Shown here piece after piece: positions 29,862 to 32,000 of a stretch of DNA of 32,000 nt (position 1 is its first letter; every line of letters starts with the position of its first letter). The notes beneath the pieces are model-generated. The model saw nothing but the letters and a program-made list of their open reading frames with translations, searched no databases and had not been told where the DNA came from. The stretch lies in sequence record CAXNAD020000071.1. One strand, 5' to 3'. Made by a program: the position numbers and the translations under genes.

Positions 29862-30833
29862 ATGAATTTTATTTTTTCTTTATTTACAATTCTTAGTCTT
29901 ATCATTCCTTTATTGGTTGCAGTAGCTTATTTCACTTTAGCAGAACGTAAAATTATAGCAAGTATTCAACGCCGACGTGGCCCTAATGTTATTGGTTTTA
30001 TGGGTTTACTTCAACCATTAGCCGATGGTTTAAAACTTTTTGTAAAAGAAACTGTATTACCCACAAATGCAAATACAGTATTGTTTCTTTTAGCACCAAT
30101 AGTAAGTTTTTTTTTAAGTTTAATTGCATGGGCAGTTATTCCTTTTGGCTATGGTCAAGTTGTGTCTGATATTGATTTAGGTTTATTATACTCGTTATCC
30201 ATTTCTTCTTTAGGTGTATATGGAGTTTTAATTTCAGGTTGGTCTAGTAATTCTAAATATGCTTTCTTAGGTGGTTTAAGATCTGCGGCTCAAATAATTT
30301 CTTATGAAGTTTGTATAGGTTTTCTTTTAGTAAATTTAATTCTTTGTGCTGGTTCTGCTAATTTGACTGAAATTGTTTTAGCACAAAAAGAGGTTTGGTT
30401 TATTGTTCCTCTTTTACCTATTAGTATTTTGTTTTTTATTTGTTGTTTAGCAGAAACTAATCGTCATCCTTTTGATTTGCCTGAAGCTGAAGCTGAATTA
30501 GTTTCAGGTTATAATGTTGAATATTCTGCGATAGGTTTTGCTCTTTTTTTTTTAGGCGAATATGCTAATATGCTAGTTATAAGTGCATTAACCTCTATTT
30601 TTTTTTTTGGTGGTTGGTTGCCTATTTTTTCTTTTATATATGTACCATGTGGTATTTGGTTAGGTTTAAAAATTTCATTTTTTGTTATTTTTTTCATTTG
30701 GGTTCGTGCTATTTTACCGCGTTATCGTTATGATCAACTTATAGAATTGGGGTGGAAATGCTTCATTCCGCTGTCCGTGGGTTTTTTATTATTAACCGCG
30801 GGAATTTTATTATCATTCAATTGGCTAAACTAG
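29862..30833 (+). CDS. nad1: NADH dehydrogenase subunit 1
   Basis: LAERK..A.IQRR.GPN..G..GLLQP.ADG.KLF.KE and [22 protein letters not shown] motifs. Confidence 0.97.
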   Translation: MNFIFSLFTILSLIIPLLVAVAYFTLAERKIIASIQRRRGPNVIGFMGLLQPLADGLKLFVKETVLPTNANTVLFLLAPIVSFFLSLIAWAVIPFGYGQVVSDIDLGLLYSLSISSLGVYGVLISGWSSNSKYAFLGGLRSAAQIISYEVCIGFLLVNLILCAGSANLTEIVLAQKEVWFIVPLLPISILFFICCLAETNRHPFDLPEAEAELVSGYNVEYSAIGFALFFLGEYANMLVISALTSIFFFGGWLPIFSFIYVPCGIWLGLKISFFVIFFIWVRAILPRYRYDQLIELGWKCFIPLSVGFLLLTAGILLSFNWLN

Positions 30834-30856
30834 CCAATTGAATGATAATAAAATTC
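30802..30856. terminator. perfect 26-bp inverted repeat (3-nt loop) spanning the nad1 stop, followed by a T-run
   Basis: The left arm gaattttattatcattcaattggcta (30802-27) is the exact reverse complement of tagccaattgaatgataataaaattc (30831-56). The loop is aac. Downstream is ttttg plus T14 (30857-75). Confidence 0.6.
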
Positions 30857-30867
30857 TTTTGTTTTTT

Positions 30868-30923
30868 TTTTTTTTAAGTTTATTATTATAATTACTTTTT
30901 TTTAAGTTTATTATTATAATTAC
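30868..30923. repeat. perfect tandem duplication, 2 x 28 nt (ttttttttaagtttattattataattac)
   Basis: Copy A is 30868-30895 and copy B is 30896-30923. Copy B encodes the last tatC codons on the minus strand; the tatC stop lies in copy A. Confidence 0.9.
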
Positions 30924-31656
30924 TTATCATACAAAGTATAAATCTCCAACTTTCATACAATAAAATTATAGGTGATACAACAAAAATTTGAGTTGTAAAA
31001 TTTGGTGGACTTAATAATGCTCCTATTAGACAAAATAATATATATATTATTCGTCTGTGGTTAGTTCCTAGTATTTTTAAAAGTATATTATTTATACGTA
31101 AAAATACAAGTCCAAATGGTACCACAAAATTTAATCCTAATCCTATTAATTCTAGATAATACAAGTACTCATTAAGTTGAGGCTCATAATTAAGCTGGAT
31201 AGTAGTAAATTCTTTTGTATATCCATATAAAAGTTCCCAACTTATTTGTATTAAGTAAGGTCCACAAAACAAAAATAAAAAAATGTATAAAATTGCTCCT
31301 TGCATTAAGATTTTTCTTATTTTTCTTGCTTCAGAGGCATAAAGGGCTGGTTTAACAAAATAATATACTTGTAAAATTGTCATAACTACCCCAGATTGTA
31401 CGCTTATAAATAGACAAAGTCTTAAATATGCATAAAAAATATCTGTAGGTTGGTTACTTACAAAGTGTGTGAATCCTTTTGGAATCAATATAAAAAGCAA
31501 AGTTTCTTTGTAACAGAAGGTTAGAATAAAAATTAAGCATATTGTAAAACCAATATATAGTGCTCTAAATTTTAATTCATTGAAATATTTAATATAAACG
31601 TCTACCATTTTAATTACAAGTTGGTTTTTTTTGGTATTTCTTTTATTAGTACACAT
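30892..31656 (-). CDS. tatC: Sec-independent protein translocase component TatC (mttB/ymf16-like)
   Basis: A polytopic 254-aa ORF with a TatC-like N-terminal motif (YFNELKFRALY) and a six-TM-like profile. An alternative start is at 31608 (MVDVYIKYFNELK). Confidence 0.85.
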   Translation of the reverse strand: MCTNKRNTKKNQLVIKMVDVYIKYFNELKFRALYIGFTICLIFILTFCYKETLLFILIPKGFTHFVSNQPTDIFYAYLRLCLFISVQSGVVMTILQVYYFVKPALYASEARKIRKILMQGAILYIFLFLFCGPYLIQISWELLYGYTKEFTTIQLNYEPQLNEYLYYLELIGLGLNFVVPFGLVFLRINNILLKILGTNHRRIIYILFCLIGALLSPPNFTTQIFVVSPIILLYESWRFILCMISNYNNKLKKK

Positions 31657-31659
31657 GTT

Positions 31660-32000
31660 ATGAAAAATATAAATTATTCTTTTTATGATTTTAAATATAG
31701 ATTATACGACTGTGAGGTTTGGTATCAATCCACAAGTTTAAAAACACTTCGTTATTGGCTTTCAATTTTACCTGTTAAAGATTTTAATTTAAAATCTTTA
31801 CCTACAAGGCGTAAAAGATTTACTCTTCTTAGATCCCCGCTAGGTAATAAAATATCTAAAGATCAGTATGAAGAAATTTCTTATTGTGGATTTTTATCGT
31901 TACGCAGTGCAAATCCAGGAAAAATTTTAGGATTTTTAGGTTTACTCCTTAAACCTATAGGGGTTAAGGTTAAAATTAGAGTCGGCATCGGTGTAGGGAG
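31660..32000 (+). CDS. rps10: ribosomal protein S10, 3'-truncated by the window edge
   Basis: My own translation from the ATG at 31660 is MKNINYSFYDFKYRLYDCEVWYQSTSLKTLRYWLSILPVKDFNLKSLPTRRKRFTLLRSPLGNKISKDQYEEISYCGF..., which has the S10 hallmark LPT....FT.LRSP...K.S.DQ.E. The frame is still open at the window end, so it is absent from the ORF track. Confidence 0.85.
   Translation, partial: MKNINYSFYDFKYRLYDCEVWYQSTSLKTLRYWLSILPVKDFNLKSLPTRRKRFTLLRSPLGNKISKDQYEEISYCGFLSLRSANPGKILGFLGLLLKPIGVKVKIRVGIGVG

Noticed and set aside
30509-30697. A 62-aa ORF antisense to nad1.
   Set aside because: It is an antisense reading of a conserved gene with low-complexity K-rich sequence.
30802-30923. Possible CRISPR-like or mobile-element terminal repeats at the nad1/tatC junction.
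   Set aside because: There are only one palindrome and one two-copy tandem, both derived from adjacent gene ends. There is no spacer-repeat periodicity, transposase or target-site duplication.

Overview
This window is gene-dense, visibly AT-rich mitochondrial DNA of protist or algal type. I can support 37 protein-coding genes, three rRNA genes (rns, a 5S-like rrn5, rnl), 19 tRNA genes and one degenerate tRNA-like element. The protein genes cover complex I, III, IV and V subunits, a large ribosomal-protein set, tatC and two unassigned ORFs. Almost everything is on the + strand; the exceptions are two minus-strand blocks, rpl2-rps19-rps3-rpl16-orf132 and tatC.

Genes are packed tightly. Several pairs show ATGA or TAATG stop/start overlaps, and some coding ends overlap tRNA genes. 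No introns are evident. The code appears standard: TGA ends several genes and all conserved proteins read through as single ORFs with TGG for Trp.

The gene content (rpl31, tatC, rrn5, an nad11 reduced to its Fe-S domain) and the strand layout resemble ochrophyte, brown-alga-like mitogenomes. That attribution is from memory and is inference only.

I see no prokaryotic-style defence system, CRISPR array, transposon or homing endonuclease. The points most worth a second look are:
- a 253-aa ORF between trnI and trnK with a compositionally aberrant acidic core;
- a 132-aa ORF downstream of rpl16 with a ribosomal-protein-L10-like residue pattern;
- a G6-A-G3-TTAA-G3-A-G8 homopurine mirror repeat with G-quadruplex potential, 4 nt upstream of trnL(uaa);
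- three separate duplications of gene 3' termini: the nad1 end as a perfect 26-bp hairpin followed by a T-run, the tatC end as a 2 x 28-nt tandem, and the nad5 end as a 24-nt direct repeat;
- a sequence motif shared by two intergenic spacers;
- a tRNA(CAU) with an apparent compensatory C19:G56 swap;
- a tRNA-like element downstream of cox1.
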